From: Eledone cirrhosa
Lineage: Eukaryota
DNA: 64,000 nt
Reading direction: 5' to 3'
Assembly: GCA_964016885.1 (NCBI GenBank)
Contig: OZ024740.1
Location: 104,284,001 to 104,348,000 of the forward strand
The notes under the pieces were generated by a model, which made no database searches, had not been told where the DNA came from, and saw nothing but the letters and a program-made list of their open reading frames with translations. Position numbers and translations under genes: made by a program. Below, piece after piece: positions 11,960 through 24,539 of the stretch (position 1 is the stretch's first letter; each line of letters starts with the position of its first letter).

Positions 11960-13432
11960 GGTATTTAGCGAGAAGGTAAGGTTTAAATAAGATCCCCGTA
12001 TTTTGGGCATAATTTAACAAGCATAAACAAAAATACAAGAGTATCGAGTAGAAAGGCAAAGATTGGATTCGGGGAAAAAATGATAGAGAATGACGAATGG
12101 ACTAAGGAATTAAAATGGTGAGAAGAATGAAGAAATATTTGTACGTTACATTATACCATGAAAGCAGCCATCCCGGAATATAGGAATTTGGCGGTTCTGA
12201 TTTGTTCGTACTTGTAGGGTTTATCTTATATATGGAGATAGAAAGGGGGGGGGGGCGAACCAGCATGATGTAGGGGGGGGAGAAGATAGGAGGGAGCAGA
12301 GGTTAAGAGTTTAAATACAGTCCTCGAAATGTGGGGCATAATTTAGCCAGCATAACAAAATATATTTAAAAATATATAAGAAGGAAGCGGCTTTTATCAA
12401 ACGCCTGCAACCGCAAATAAACAACCAATCAGAGAGAAGCGAAATGAGATGGCTGGTTTAAGTTAACAAACGATGCAGCAACACACAACACACGCACACA
12501 CACACACAAACGAGACAACTACACACACACGCACACACACACAGTAGCATTCCACCATACGAACATACTACACTGCCAATACAGAGGAACAAGGCAACAA
12601 CACATGCACACACACACACACTCAAGCGAGGCAACAACACACGCACACACACACAGTAACATTTAACATACAGGCAGAGAATGGACTGACAGCTAGCGCC
12701 ACCCCACTCCCTCATTCGGCCGCTGACCTCTGCCCGACCGACCCCATTTCACGCGCACGCGCGCTATGCCGAATACCTCAGATATTCAAAACAACAAACA
12801 GCGGAGGACGCGTTTCGCACCTGTCCGACAGACAACCTTTTCCCCCACCCCGGAAAAAAAACCCAGTTGATGGATGTGAATCCGAAATATATAGGGACTA
12901 TTAAATCTCTCCCAAGGTAACTCTCTCTTGTGTTGTTATTTTTATTTTTATTTTATCCTTTATACTCTTCCTTTCATTCTTCTACACATCTTACACATCT
13001 TATACACACCACGCATCTCAACGTACACCCACTTACATCTCTCTCTCCACCACCGGATCTTGTTACCCGGAGATTTACCCATTTGCATTGTCGAGGCTTC
13101 CAAACGACTTAAAGATATAAGAAGGAGTTTTGTTTTGAAAATACGACAGAATTAAGGTTGGGGTAGTTAGCGAGAAGGTAAGGTTTAAATAAGAGAAGGT
13201 AAGGTTTAAATAAGATCCCCGTATTTTGGGCATAATTTAACAAGCATAAACAAAAATACAAGATTTGTTTTGGAAAATACGACAGAGTATCGAGTAGAAA
13301 GGCAAAGATTGGATTCGGGGAAAAAATGATAGAGAATGACGAATGGACTAAGGAATTAAAATGGTGAGAAGAAGGAAGAAATATTTGTACGTTACATTAT
13401 ACCATGAAAGCAGCCATCCCGGAATAGGAATT
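11960..13432. repeat. Rearranged non-coding block with a ~230-bp direct duplication (about 11965-12190 and 13167-13432) and two back-to-back half-HHR motifs
   Basis: Duplicated text agaaggtaaggtttaaataagatccccg...ccatcccggaata. Minus-strand GAAACGCGTC at about 12806-12817; plus-strand GAAAtatata at about 12884. Confidence 0.55.
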
Positions 13433-14152
<720 letters not shown>

Positions 14153-14155
<3 letters not shown>

Positions 14156-14500
14156 CATCATCATCATCATTATCGTTTAACGTTTATCTTCCACGCTACC
14201 ATGGGTTAGACAGGAATTGTCCCACTTGAGGCAAGCTTGGTTAGGTGACCGCGTCTCGCTCGTATAGGACTATCTGGCAGGTGTTCTATGGCTGGATGCC
14301 CTTCCTAACACCAACCATGTTTACAGTGTGGACAGGGAGCTTTTTACCGTGTTACTTACATGGCCACATTACAGCGTGGACTGCGTGTTTTTTTGTCGTG
14401 ACACCTACATGACCTCATTAGTTTGGACTGGATGTTGTGGTACCAACATAACTTTACAGAGAAAGGGTGGTGTTGGTGGGAGCGGGAGGATGGAGTAGGG
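14153..14500 (-). mobile_element. RTE subfamily A-like 3'UTR fragment
   Basis: (ATC)n followed by ggctggatgcccttcctaacaccaacc and the rest of the subfamily A UTR. Confidence 0.85.
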
Positions 14501-14588
14501 TAATATATATATATAGAGAGAGAGAGGTAGAACATGGCAAGGTAATATCCATAGTGGTAGAGCACTCAGTCCATGGAACGAGTTAGGT

Positions 14589-14692
14589 AAAGCTCCGGAT
14601 TGAATAACAACCTACAAAGCTCCAGATTGAATAACAACCTACAAAGCTCCAGATTGAATAACAACCTACAAAGCTCTGGATTGAATAACAAC
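14589..14692 (+). repeat. 27-bp minisatellite, about 3.7 copies
   Basis: Unit aaagctccagattgaataacaacctac. Confidence 0.9.
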
Positions 14693-14845
14693 AACATCCT
14701 AATTTTCTTATGAACTAGAACCTTTCGGACTTTCGCAGTTATCTCCCTTACACCTTTCACCCGCAGTTTTGTATTGCCTGGGTGAAGTGACCATTTCTGC
14801 GCATGCACGTTCATGCGGTTGTCCTTCCTATTCCGTATAACCATG

Positions 14846-14897
14846 ACCATTACGAGCTGAGGATCCGCTAAGGTGAAACAATTGTTCTCGGTATGGT
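14846..14897 (+). ncRNA. Type I hammerhead ribozyme
   Basis: accattacgag CTGAGGA tcc gctaa ggt GAAA caattg TT ctcggtatggt. Palindromic stem III, GUU cleavage site. Confidence 0.78.
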
Positions 14898-16302
14898 GAA
14901 CTAACTGTTGTGTTACCACTTCTATATATATATATATCATCATCATCATCATCATTTAATGTCCATTTTCCATGCTAGCATGGGTTAATATATATATTAG
15001 GTGATTCAGTAGATTTGTGGTTTACTGAGGAAGGTACCAATATTAGCACTCTATGCTAAAGCAGAGTGTATAAATTAAGAAGAACAAAACAAGGTTTCAC
15101 ATTGATTGGGCTGTTATGAACTGAGCTTAATCAATAAAAATAATTATGAAAGTCAGATGTAGATATTCATAATTCCTTTATTCATTATTAGCTGTGATAC
15201 ACATTTCAATGGTGTTCATGGTTACATGATGCTTCAATCACATGACCAACAACTCGATATCACCAGACAGCATCTTAGGTAATAAGGTTATGTTGCAAAT
15301 ACAATACAAGTTAAAGACAAGGGAACAGCTCATCATCATCATTATTATCACTTAATGTCCACTTTCCCTACTAGCATGGGTTGGATGGGTCTTCCTAAAC
15401 TGATTTGGTTCTGAAGCATGTCTACAGACCTCTCAAACAGGCCAGAGGTCCGTATCTTGCTATATATAGCTTTACATATATTTTACTAAACCCCCTAAAA
15501 AATCTTGATCGTCTTGAAAATTAATTGAAACATACATTCTGATTATTCATTATAAATTAAGCCAAGAAACCTTCTGATGGTTATTCACCCTGATAGAAAC
15601 AGAAGCTAAATCTCCCTCAAACTAACTTCTACTCTCTTGAAAAAAATGGATGCAAACATTGAATAATGTTGTCTGAGATATACAAAAATATGGGATGGTT
15701 ATGGCTGGACCATCTTTAACCTTTAGCATTCACATTGCTCTATATATACTATTATATTTTCACAGTAAAGGCTTTATCTCACATAATATGGAATCTATGA
15801 GATTTTGATATCATTCATTTTGTGAACAATACCTTAATATCAGTATGAGTGACTAGTTACGGCTGGTTTGAACAGAAAGAGGTGAGAGAATTCTGGCTGG
15901 ATACAGCCAGTTTAAATGCTAAAGAGTTAATCATAAGTCTACTGAATCAGTGCTGACTTGGGGCTAAAAAACTGACAATTCATTATAAATATAGTCATGA
16001 AAGGGTTAAAGCCTGTTGAGGGAACATGTACAGACATGTAATACAAATAGATGACAAATGATGTATTATATCTTCTGCTCATTAGCTATTGTTGTTGTTG
16101 TTTGACCACCCCCTCCTGGTCAGCCCTGATCAAGTAGACTTATGATCGAAGGTGTTACAGCTATGATAATCCCCTCTTTTTAGAAGTACATCAATGACTT
16201 CATTATCCAATGCGTCCTTTCCTTATTTAACTAATTCGATACCAAACTCCCTAAAATTTCCCCTCAGTTCTACAATAAGCAGTTGTTTATTTTAAAGTGT
16301 TT

Positions 16303-16560
16303 ATCATCATCATCATCACTGTTTTACGTCCGTTCTTCCACACTAGCATGGGTTAGATGGGTTGTCCTGTTGTGGGCAGTGTCCAGTCGGCTGACCTTGT
16401 CTTGCTCATACGGGAACTGATTCTGCCTTGATTTCTACAGCTGGATGCCCTTCCTAACACCAACCTCATTTATAGTGAGTGCTGCATGCGTTTTTTCCCT
16501 GGCACCTACACGTCCACTTTACAGTGTGGGCTGGGTGCTTTTTTGCCGTGGCACAAAAAC
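16303..16560 (-). mobile_element. RTE subfamily B 3'UTR fragment
   Basis: Reverse complement of about 4750-5000. Confidence 0.85.
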
Positions 16561-17391
16561 CTTCCACCAAAATTTTATGCAAGAACCTTTGTTAAGTTAC
16601 ATTCCAAATATCAGTTTAAGGGTGAGAAAGTTAGTTATATTACTAAATCCCTTCAAATATGTGATTATTTTCAAAATGATTCAGAAATTATAAGCAGTGT
16701 ATTTTGTTAGAGATAAAAAGCTTAAGATAGCAGAGTATGATTTTGATTTTGTAGCTATTTCTAGCTGGTTAAGTGACCACCAAGATGTTTTCTGATCATT
16801 TGTGTTTTGAATTGATAGAAAAGGATTGCAGTTATAAAGGTTGACAAAGGAATATTTATCTCCAAGGAAAATACATGTTTAAGTGAGATGAGAAAGCAAT
16901 GGACATCTATTTTATGAATTAAGGTAATATGAATAAATGGGGATTGATGGGAGAATAGTTAAGGTTGTTCTTGATGATGATGTGGTTGTTAAGTGGATGG
17001 TATTGTAGTAAAGATAAATGCCCTAAAACATAGGAGGACATGGTAACATTTGAACTGAAAATATTTCATTACAGACAAAATGAGACATTCTCTACAAATG
17101 TATATTTATAATTCAAAAGCCTTGCTGAATAGAAGCTGAAACCGCTAGGCATCATGGTTGGGTTTTTACCTTTTTATCTTCCTTTATATTTATATGTATA
17201 TATATACTCATATAATATAATTGAATATAAAAGAAAAAGGAACACAGACATATACATATATGTGCTCAAATCGTAAGGGACCAGATTCGCTAAGGTGAAG
17301 AGAATACTAACTATAGACAATTGGGTTTGCTTGTCTCAATTTAAGAAAAAATCAAGAAAATAAATACAAACTGGAATTGTGGTTACTACCA

Positions 17392-17469
17392 ATCACCCAG
17401 ACAAGTTGGTGTTGTTTTGCAAAATTAATTGTGAATAGAATTACCAATTTATGCTCATCAGTGGGTGAT
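17392..17469 (-). ncRNA. Type I hammerhead ribozyme with G12A (probably inactive)
   Basis: atcaccca CTGATGA gcataaattgg..aattaattttgc AAAA caa caccaac ttg TC tgggtgat. Stem I is 8 bp. Confidence 0.72.
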
Positions 17470-17635
17470 AAATTAGTATCCTAGACACTTCTAAGTATAT
17501 TAAGAAACTAGATAGTGTGCTATATAAAATTAGCGCACATGGCACCTCAGTGCGTCTCACAAACTTACACCACTAAAAATAGCAGCCAGGTTTATTCGAC
17601 ATTTGAAATAGCTCAACAAATTAACGGAGCCAAAT

Positions 17636-17797
17636 ATATCAAAGGTATATATTGAGTTAGGAACTCAAAATAGTCTCTTACAATAAAATAGCTTTAAGAT
17701 TCAATTAAAATATACGGCTTGGAAATATCTCTTTCTTAGAGCTATTTTATTGAAAGAGACTATTTTGAGTTCCTAACTCAATATATATCTTTGATAT
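17636..17797. repeat. Inverted repeat with ~64-bp arms abutting (TA)n
   Basis: atatcaaaggtatatattgagttaggaactcaaaatagtctctt... pairs with ...aagagactattttgagttcctaactcaatatatatctttgatat. Confidence 0.9.
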
Positions 17798-17816
17798 ACT
17801 CATATATATATATATA

Positions 17817-17954
<138 letters not shown>

Positions 17955-18005
17955 AAATATTAAACAAATAATGAATAAACAATTCCTTATATTAAACAAA
18001 AAAAG

Positions 18006-18160
18006 TTCATTATTTAACGATCGTTTCTAGGGTATATATGTGTTATGATTGGTATGCATATTCAACAGATCTATGTACAAAATTATACAAAATTATACAA
18101 ATTATCAAGATTAAATATACATACCTAACACACATATACGCCGTCTTCAGAAATAATGAA
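18006..18160 (-). ncRNA. Type I hammerhead ribozyme in the 5' inverted pseudo-LTR
   Basis: Reverse complement of 23834-23988. Confidence 0.75.
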
Positions 18161-18334
18161 GTATATTTATTGATAATAACAACAATTCAAAATATCAGTT
18201 CAAAATTGACCAATGAAAACACAAAGGGTTAAAAGCAGTTCGGTGTGTGTATATACATGTAAAATCCTTACACATATTTTACAATAATGTGTGTATAATT
18301 TGTATGCGGATATTGGAATATTTTACAATAATGT

Positions 18335-20191
18335 GTGTATAATTTGTATGCAGATATTGGAATAATTAGCAAAAAAATTTTAGATAGAGTCATCCCACAA
18401 ATAAGAAAATACGTTATTTTACCACTCTGGGAAAACACCTCCCAGGTAATTAATTGGTTTAAAAATATTAGGTGTAAATCTTCTGCTTCTTTCCTACAAT
18501 TTGATATAGATAATTACTATTCTTCTATATCACCCATACTCCTGAACAAAGCATTAATATTTGCTAAAAATAGATCTAATTTAACTTCGGATGACATTAA
18601 CATTATTACACATGCTAGACTAACACTTATTGAATTTCAGAATGAATACTGGACCAGAAACACATACAGTAATCTTTTTGATATTACTATGGGTTCAAGC
18701 GATTCCGCCCAAATTACTGATCTTGTGGGCCTCTTTCTCCTTTTCAACATAAATGCCTCTTTTCCCCACCTCAAAGGTGGTTTATATCGTGATGACTGTC
18801 TTCTTCTTTCTAACAACCTTAGCCTTTCAGAAATCGAAAAAAACAAAAAACATATTAGAACTTTCCTTAAAGACTATTATAATCTTAATATTACTTTTGA
18901 AAAAACAAGTAAAGTAGTAAATTTCCTAGATATAACTTTAGATTTAGCTACGGGTATATACCAACCTTACCATAAACCTAACCAAAACTTACATTACATA
19001 CACTCACAATCTAATCACCCTAAATCTATCCTTAAAAACCTTGCATATAATATATCACTTAGAATTTCTAACCTTTCTTCTAACCAAGATGTATTTGATA
19101 AAAATGCGACCTTTTATAATGAAGCTCTAGATAGAAGTGGCCACAAAAATAGATTAGAGTATATACCTTCTACTAAAAATACTGAAAGCATACAGCATAA
19201 TATTACCAACAAACACCAAATGAAAAGTACACACCTAAATGCCACCCACAATATACCCCAAAATACTAAATCTTCTAATATAAAGTATAGTAACCCTCAA
19301 AAAACTACTCATCATACAACTATAATAAATATTAATAATAAAACTCCTAATAAAAAAGATAAAACACCTAAATCTACAAATATAACTAAAAATAGTTGTG
19401 GTGAGATCATTAACATTAATCCTCCTAGTAAAAATCATGATACAACCTATAAAAATAATAAAAATAATAAACAACATAGAAACCGTAATAGACGAGTTAC
19501 TTGGTATAATGCTCCTTTTAATTTACAAGTTAAGGATAATATTGCTAAAAAATTTTTTTATATCCTTGTGAAAAACTTCCCGCCAAACCACAAATACCAT
19601 CAAATCTTAAATAGGTCTACAGTTAAATTCTCATACTCTACAACAAATAACATAAAACAAAATATAAGTGCATATAATGCATATAAATGTAAGAAAACCA
19701 TAAGTATACCACCAGTACATCAAATTAACAATAATATCTCCTCAAATACAGAATTAACGAAAGGATGTAACTGTAGAAACAAAACAAACTGCCCATTAAA
19801 AGGGAATTGTCTTGTTAACAACATAGTCTATAAATGTAATGTTAAAACTAAAGATTCTATTTGCTCATATATAGGAGCTACCTCTAACAATTTTAAGACA
19901 AGGTTTAATACCCACAAACATAGTTTTAAAAATGCCGCACTGGCTAATACAACATCTCTAGCAGAAAAAATCAATAGTTATAAAAATAAGAATATAAAAT
20001 ATGATTTGACCTGGAGTGTGCTCAAAAGAGCCACCCCTTATCAAAATAATAGAAAGGAATGTAGATTATGTTCCCAAGAACTATTTGAAATAATGAAGTC
20101 TAAGGATATCTTATTAAATAAACGACAGGAATTAATTATATCGTGTAATCATAAACTAAAAAAAACATTTAAATATTATAAACCTAATTAA
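18335..20191 (+). CDS. PLE reverse transcriptase plus C-terminal GIY-YIG endonuclease (N-terminus missing; apparent start comes from the junction)
   Basis: FLQFDIDNYYSSI, ITMGSSDSAQITDLVG, GGLYRDD, VNFLDITLDL. Linker CNCRNKTNCPLKGNC. IVYKC..YIGATS..FKTRFNTH; CRLC..LLNKR..CNH. No internal stops. Confidence 0.93.
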   Translation: MYNLYADIGIISKKILDRVIPQIRKYVILPLWENTSQVINWFKNIRCKSSASFLQFDIDNYYSSISPILLNKALIFAKNRSNLTSDDINIITHARLTLIEFQNEYWTRNTYSNLFDITMGSSDSAQITDLVGLFLLFNINASFPHLKGGLYRDDCLLLSNNLSLSEIEKNKKHIRTFLKDYYNLNITFEKTSKVVNFLDITLDLATGIYQPYHKPNQNLHYIHSQSNHPKSILKNLAYNISLRISNLSSNQDVFDKNATFYNEALDRSGHKNRLEYIPSTKNTESIQHNITNKHQMKSTHLNATHNIPQNTKSSNIKYSNPQKTTHHTTIININNKTPNKKDKTPKSTNITKNSCGEIININPPSKNHDTTYKNNKNNKQHRNRNRRVTWYNAPFNLQVKDNIAKKFFYILVKNFPPNHKYHQILNRSTVKFSYSTTNNIKQNISAYNAYKCKKTISIPPVHQINNNISSNTELTKGCNCRNKTNCPLKGNCLVNNIVYKCNVKTKDSICSYIGATSNNFKTRFNTHKHSFKNAALANTTSLAEKINSYKNKNIKYDLTWSVLKRATPYQNNRKECRLCSQELFEIMKSKDILLNKRQELIISCNHKLKKTFKYYKPN

Positions 20192-20649
20192 TAACATTAT
20201 TCTAGAAATTAATTTAATTTAAATGTTAGTTAACCTATAAATTTAATTTAATTAATATTTTATTACAGATGAGAAAATATTATGTAATCATAAATTGTGA
20301 AAAACCTTTAAATATTACTAATATATACTTAGTAATTTAATTTATAGATTAATTTTAATTTATTTAAACCTTTTATTATAATTCTTTTACAGATATAATA
20401 TAACAAAATAATATCATGTATCCAATGACGGAGAAAGAATTTTTAGTATTATAGACCTAATTAATATACATTTTGGAAATATATTTATTATTTGGTATTA
20501 GTTTTTAATCATCCTAAAAATTTAATTTTAATTTGCTTAAAATTAGTATCCTTATACAGACGAATTGCAGAATGTCATGTAATCATAGAATGGGATGTGT
20601 TTTGGATATATACCTAGTTAATATATTCTGTGCAATTTTTTGAAAAAGA

Positions 20650-20724
20650 TATGTATATGTATATGTATATGTATATGTGTGTGTTGTGTATGTGTATCTG
20701 TATGTATGTATATGTGTGTATATA

Positions 20725-20769
<45 letters not shown>

Positions 20770-21913
20770 ATATGTATGTATATGTGTATGTGTATGTATA
20801 TGTATATGTATGCGTATTAATTTTGATTTCTATTTGCATATAATTATATTATGCTATTGATGAAATACAATATCTGCTTTATGTATTGTATACCTAATTA
20901 ACATATACTAATTAACGTATACTATTGAAATAAATATATAATTTTTAATTTAGTTAACATATAATTTATATGCTACTACCGATGTAATACTTTATTTTAT
21001 TTTTATTTGGGTTTCTTTTCCCTATTACTAAATTCATCTCCTAATATTGATACCATAACGTTATTAACTTTAATTTAGTTATAATGTAATTAATAATCTA
21101 CTACTGTTTGACTTCAAAATTCTGCTTCAAATATTATAAACCTAACTAATTTACACCTTAGAAATCAATATGTTGACTATCTTTGGTTTAGTTAACATAT
21201 GATTAATGGTATACTTATTTATTTTGAGATGCATAGATTTCGTATTTCCTAGCACTGAAAATATGTAAGAACATACATTGAATTAAGATACGGAAAATAT
21301 TATATGTTTCTTGAAACATATATTTACTTTGATCCCCTTCTCCAAACCCCCCCTTTCCCCCATACTATTATCATCTGTATTTGTAAGCGTCTATGTATGA
21401 ATATATATGTAGGTAGGTGTCTATATAGGTTTGGGTATTTATATCTAAATATAAAAATACATATATGAGCATGCAAATATGAATGTAAGATTGTGTGTGT
21501 ATATATGATTGTACATACATATGTATGTATATATATGTATATATATGTATTATATATGTATGTGTATGTGAATGTGTTGTATGTATATGTGTATGTATGT
21601 GTATATATGTGTATGTATGTGTATGCTTGTATATATAGGAATATATATATGTGTATATATGTATGTATATGTATATGCGTGTATGTATGTATGTGTATGT
21701 GTGTTGTCTATATATATGTATGTCTCTCTATTTATATGTTTATCTTCGTATCTATGTGATATATGTGTGTGTGTGTGCACGTATGCATATGTATGTGTTT
21801 GTGTGTGTTTGTATGTGTGTGTGTATATATGTGTATGTGCGCACACTCACATACACATATATATATATATATATGTGAGTGTGTATGTGTGTCTGTGTGT
21901 GTGTGTGTGTGTG

Positions 21914-21961
<48 letters not shown>

Positions 21962-22393
21962 GATATATATATATATATATATATAGGTGTCTATGTGTGA
22001 ATATATGTCTTTATTCGTATGTGTGTATTTATGTATGTATATATTTATGTGTATGTATGTATGTGTATGTATGTATGTATATATATATATATATATATAT
22101 GTATATGTATATATATATATGTATATTATTCTTTATTATTATTGTAATATAACTTATGTGTATATGTGTATAAGTGAGGTTGTGTATGTATATATAATAT
22201 GTGTATGTATAAGAGTAATGAAATATATATATATATATATGTGCATGTCTGTTTTTTATGTGTGTGTATATATGTATATGTATGTATATATATATATATA
22301 TGTATACGTGTGTGTATATAGATATTTATATATATATACATGTGGGTGTTTGTATGTGTATTTATGGTGGTATGAGTGTGTGGATATATATGT

Positions 22394-22432
<39 letters not shown>

Positions 22433-22436
22433 TCTA

Positions 22437-22493
<57 letters not shown>

Positions 22494-22818
22494 ATATATG
22501 TGTGTGTGTATGTATATATATATGTGTATGTATGTGTGTATATATATATATCTCTATTAATGCGTGTGTGTATGTATATACATATGCCTTTTTATTATTA
22601 TTTTCATTTGTATGTCTGAGTTTGGTGAGGTTGTATTGTTTTTTATGTATATACACATATATGGAAGCGTATGTATTTATTTATATGAGTATAAGTAGGT
22701 GCATATGTATGTATGATTATATATCTAATTCTATGTATGAAGGTACATCTATATATATATATATATATGCGTGTGTATGTAAGTTGTGTGTGTATGTATC
22801 TTTATGTCTATGTGAGTG

Positions 22819-22855
<37 letters not shown>

Positions 22856-22952
22856 GTATATCGATGTGCGTATATGTATGTACATGTATGTACATGTATG
22901 TGTGTATGTATGTGTATGTATATTTAGATGTATGTGTATGTATATGTATGTG

Positions 22953-23011
<59 letters not shown>

Positions 23012-23260
23012 ATATATATATATATGGATATATATCTTTATTATCTTTTTTTTTTATATATATGTGTATGTGTGTATGTGTTGCGCGTGTGTGTGTGTAT
23101 ATATATATCTTTTTATATGTGTATGTGTATGTTCGTGTAAGTGTATGTGTGTGTATGACTGTATATGTATGTGTGTATGTGTGTATGCGTAAATATCTCT
23201 ATGTGCGCGTACATGTATGTATGTGTATATATATCTGTATGTGTATGTACATTATATTAT
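20650..23260. repeat. Extensive (TA)n/(TG)n/(TGTA)n microsatellite fields inside the PLE 3' region
   Basis: Seen directly; they lie between the ORF stop and the 3' pseudo-LTR. Confidence 0.9.
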
Positions 23261-23833
23261 ATTTATTATATTTTATTGTTTTTATTTTTTTATTTTTCTT
23301 AATTTATAGATACATTTATATTAGGCAGTCTGCTCAGACAATTGAATACTGACCCCTTCCCCCCCCTCCCACCTAATTTCTGTATCTTGATCTTGAAATG
23401 TGTGTGCCAGTGTTTTATGTGAGTGACTTAATTTCTATGTGCTTATGATTTTATATCCACATATATAAATGTGAGTGGGGGAGTGTGTGTGTTTGTATGT
23501 TCGTGGTTATGTGTATATTTATGCATATACGCGCATGTATGTGTGATTATACTGATATGTGTGAGTATGAAAAAATATATTTATATGCTTGACTCCATAA
23601 GTATCAATGCGCATCTTATCAGCGCATTAAGCTTACAGAGATATTAACCTTGAAATTTTGTGTTTGCATCCATCTTTTTAGTATGCGCATACAAATTATA
23701 CACACATTATTGTAAAATATGTGTAAGGATTTTACATGTATATACACACACCGAACTGCTTTTAACCCTTTGTGTTTTCATTGGTCAATTTTGAACTGAT
23801 ATTTTGAATTGTTGTTATTATCAATAAATATAC

Positions 23834-23988
23834 TTCATTATTTCTGAAGACGGCGTATATGTGTGTTAGGTATGTATATTTAATCTTGATAATTTGTATA
23901 ATTTTGTATAATTTTGTACATAGATCTGTTGAATATGCATACCAATCATAACACATATATACCCTAGAAACGATCGTTAAATAATGAA
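23834..23988 (+). ncRNA. Type I hammerhead ribozyme in the 3' pseudo-LTR, with 116-nt stem II domain
   Basis: ttcattattt CTGAAGA [cggcgtatatgtgtgtta...taacacatatatacccta] GAAA cgatcg TT aaataatgaa. Confidence 0.75.
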
Positions 23989-24173
23989 CTTTTTTTGTTT
24001 AATATAAGGAATTGTTTATTCATTATTTGTTTAATATTTTATCTTGACTCTGTATACCGTTTATCTTTCACCGAAAGTGGATTTTCATTACATCTCTTCT
24101 TTCCATGATATCCGGAATACATTGAGTTCTTCATACGGATTGGACACTACCGTAAACTCTTGGTGGATTTATC

Positions 24174-24231
<58 letters not shown>

Positions 24232-24235
<4 letters not shown>

Positions 24236-24338
24236 ACTAGTATAGATTAAAATTCAAGCAAAGAATTTCTATTTTCACCTTAAGTGGGTGAAAACAGAAA
24301 TTCTTTGCTTTAACTTTACTCTGTACTGATAATAAATA
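24232..24338. repeat. Fold-back hairpin abutting (TA)n
   Basis: aagcaaagaatttctattttcacc pairs with ggtgaaaacagaaattctttgctt, with an imperfect outer extension. Confidence 0.85.
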
Positions 24339-24539
24339 TTTACTCTACATGTTTATATATACTTGTATAGTAATAATAATAAATGTGAAGACTAAAATCC
24401 AAAGAGGGCTCGATAAGGATAAATATATATCAAATATATAAGAACCCTAGAGCAAATATTTATTAAAATAACAGATTAAAGTTTAAGCAAAGAATCGCTG
24501 CTTTCACCATTAACTGGATCTTCAGGAGAGCCAGTTAAG

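Noticed and set aside
14589-14692. CRISPR-like 27-bp repeats
   Set aside because: Head-to-tail units with no spacers, eukaryotic context and no cas genes.
18038-18232. 64-aa ORF duplicated at 23762..23956
   Set aside because: Antisense reading of the pseudo-LTR/HHR; the identity only reflects the inverted repeat.
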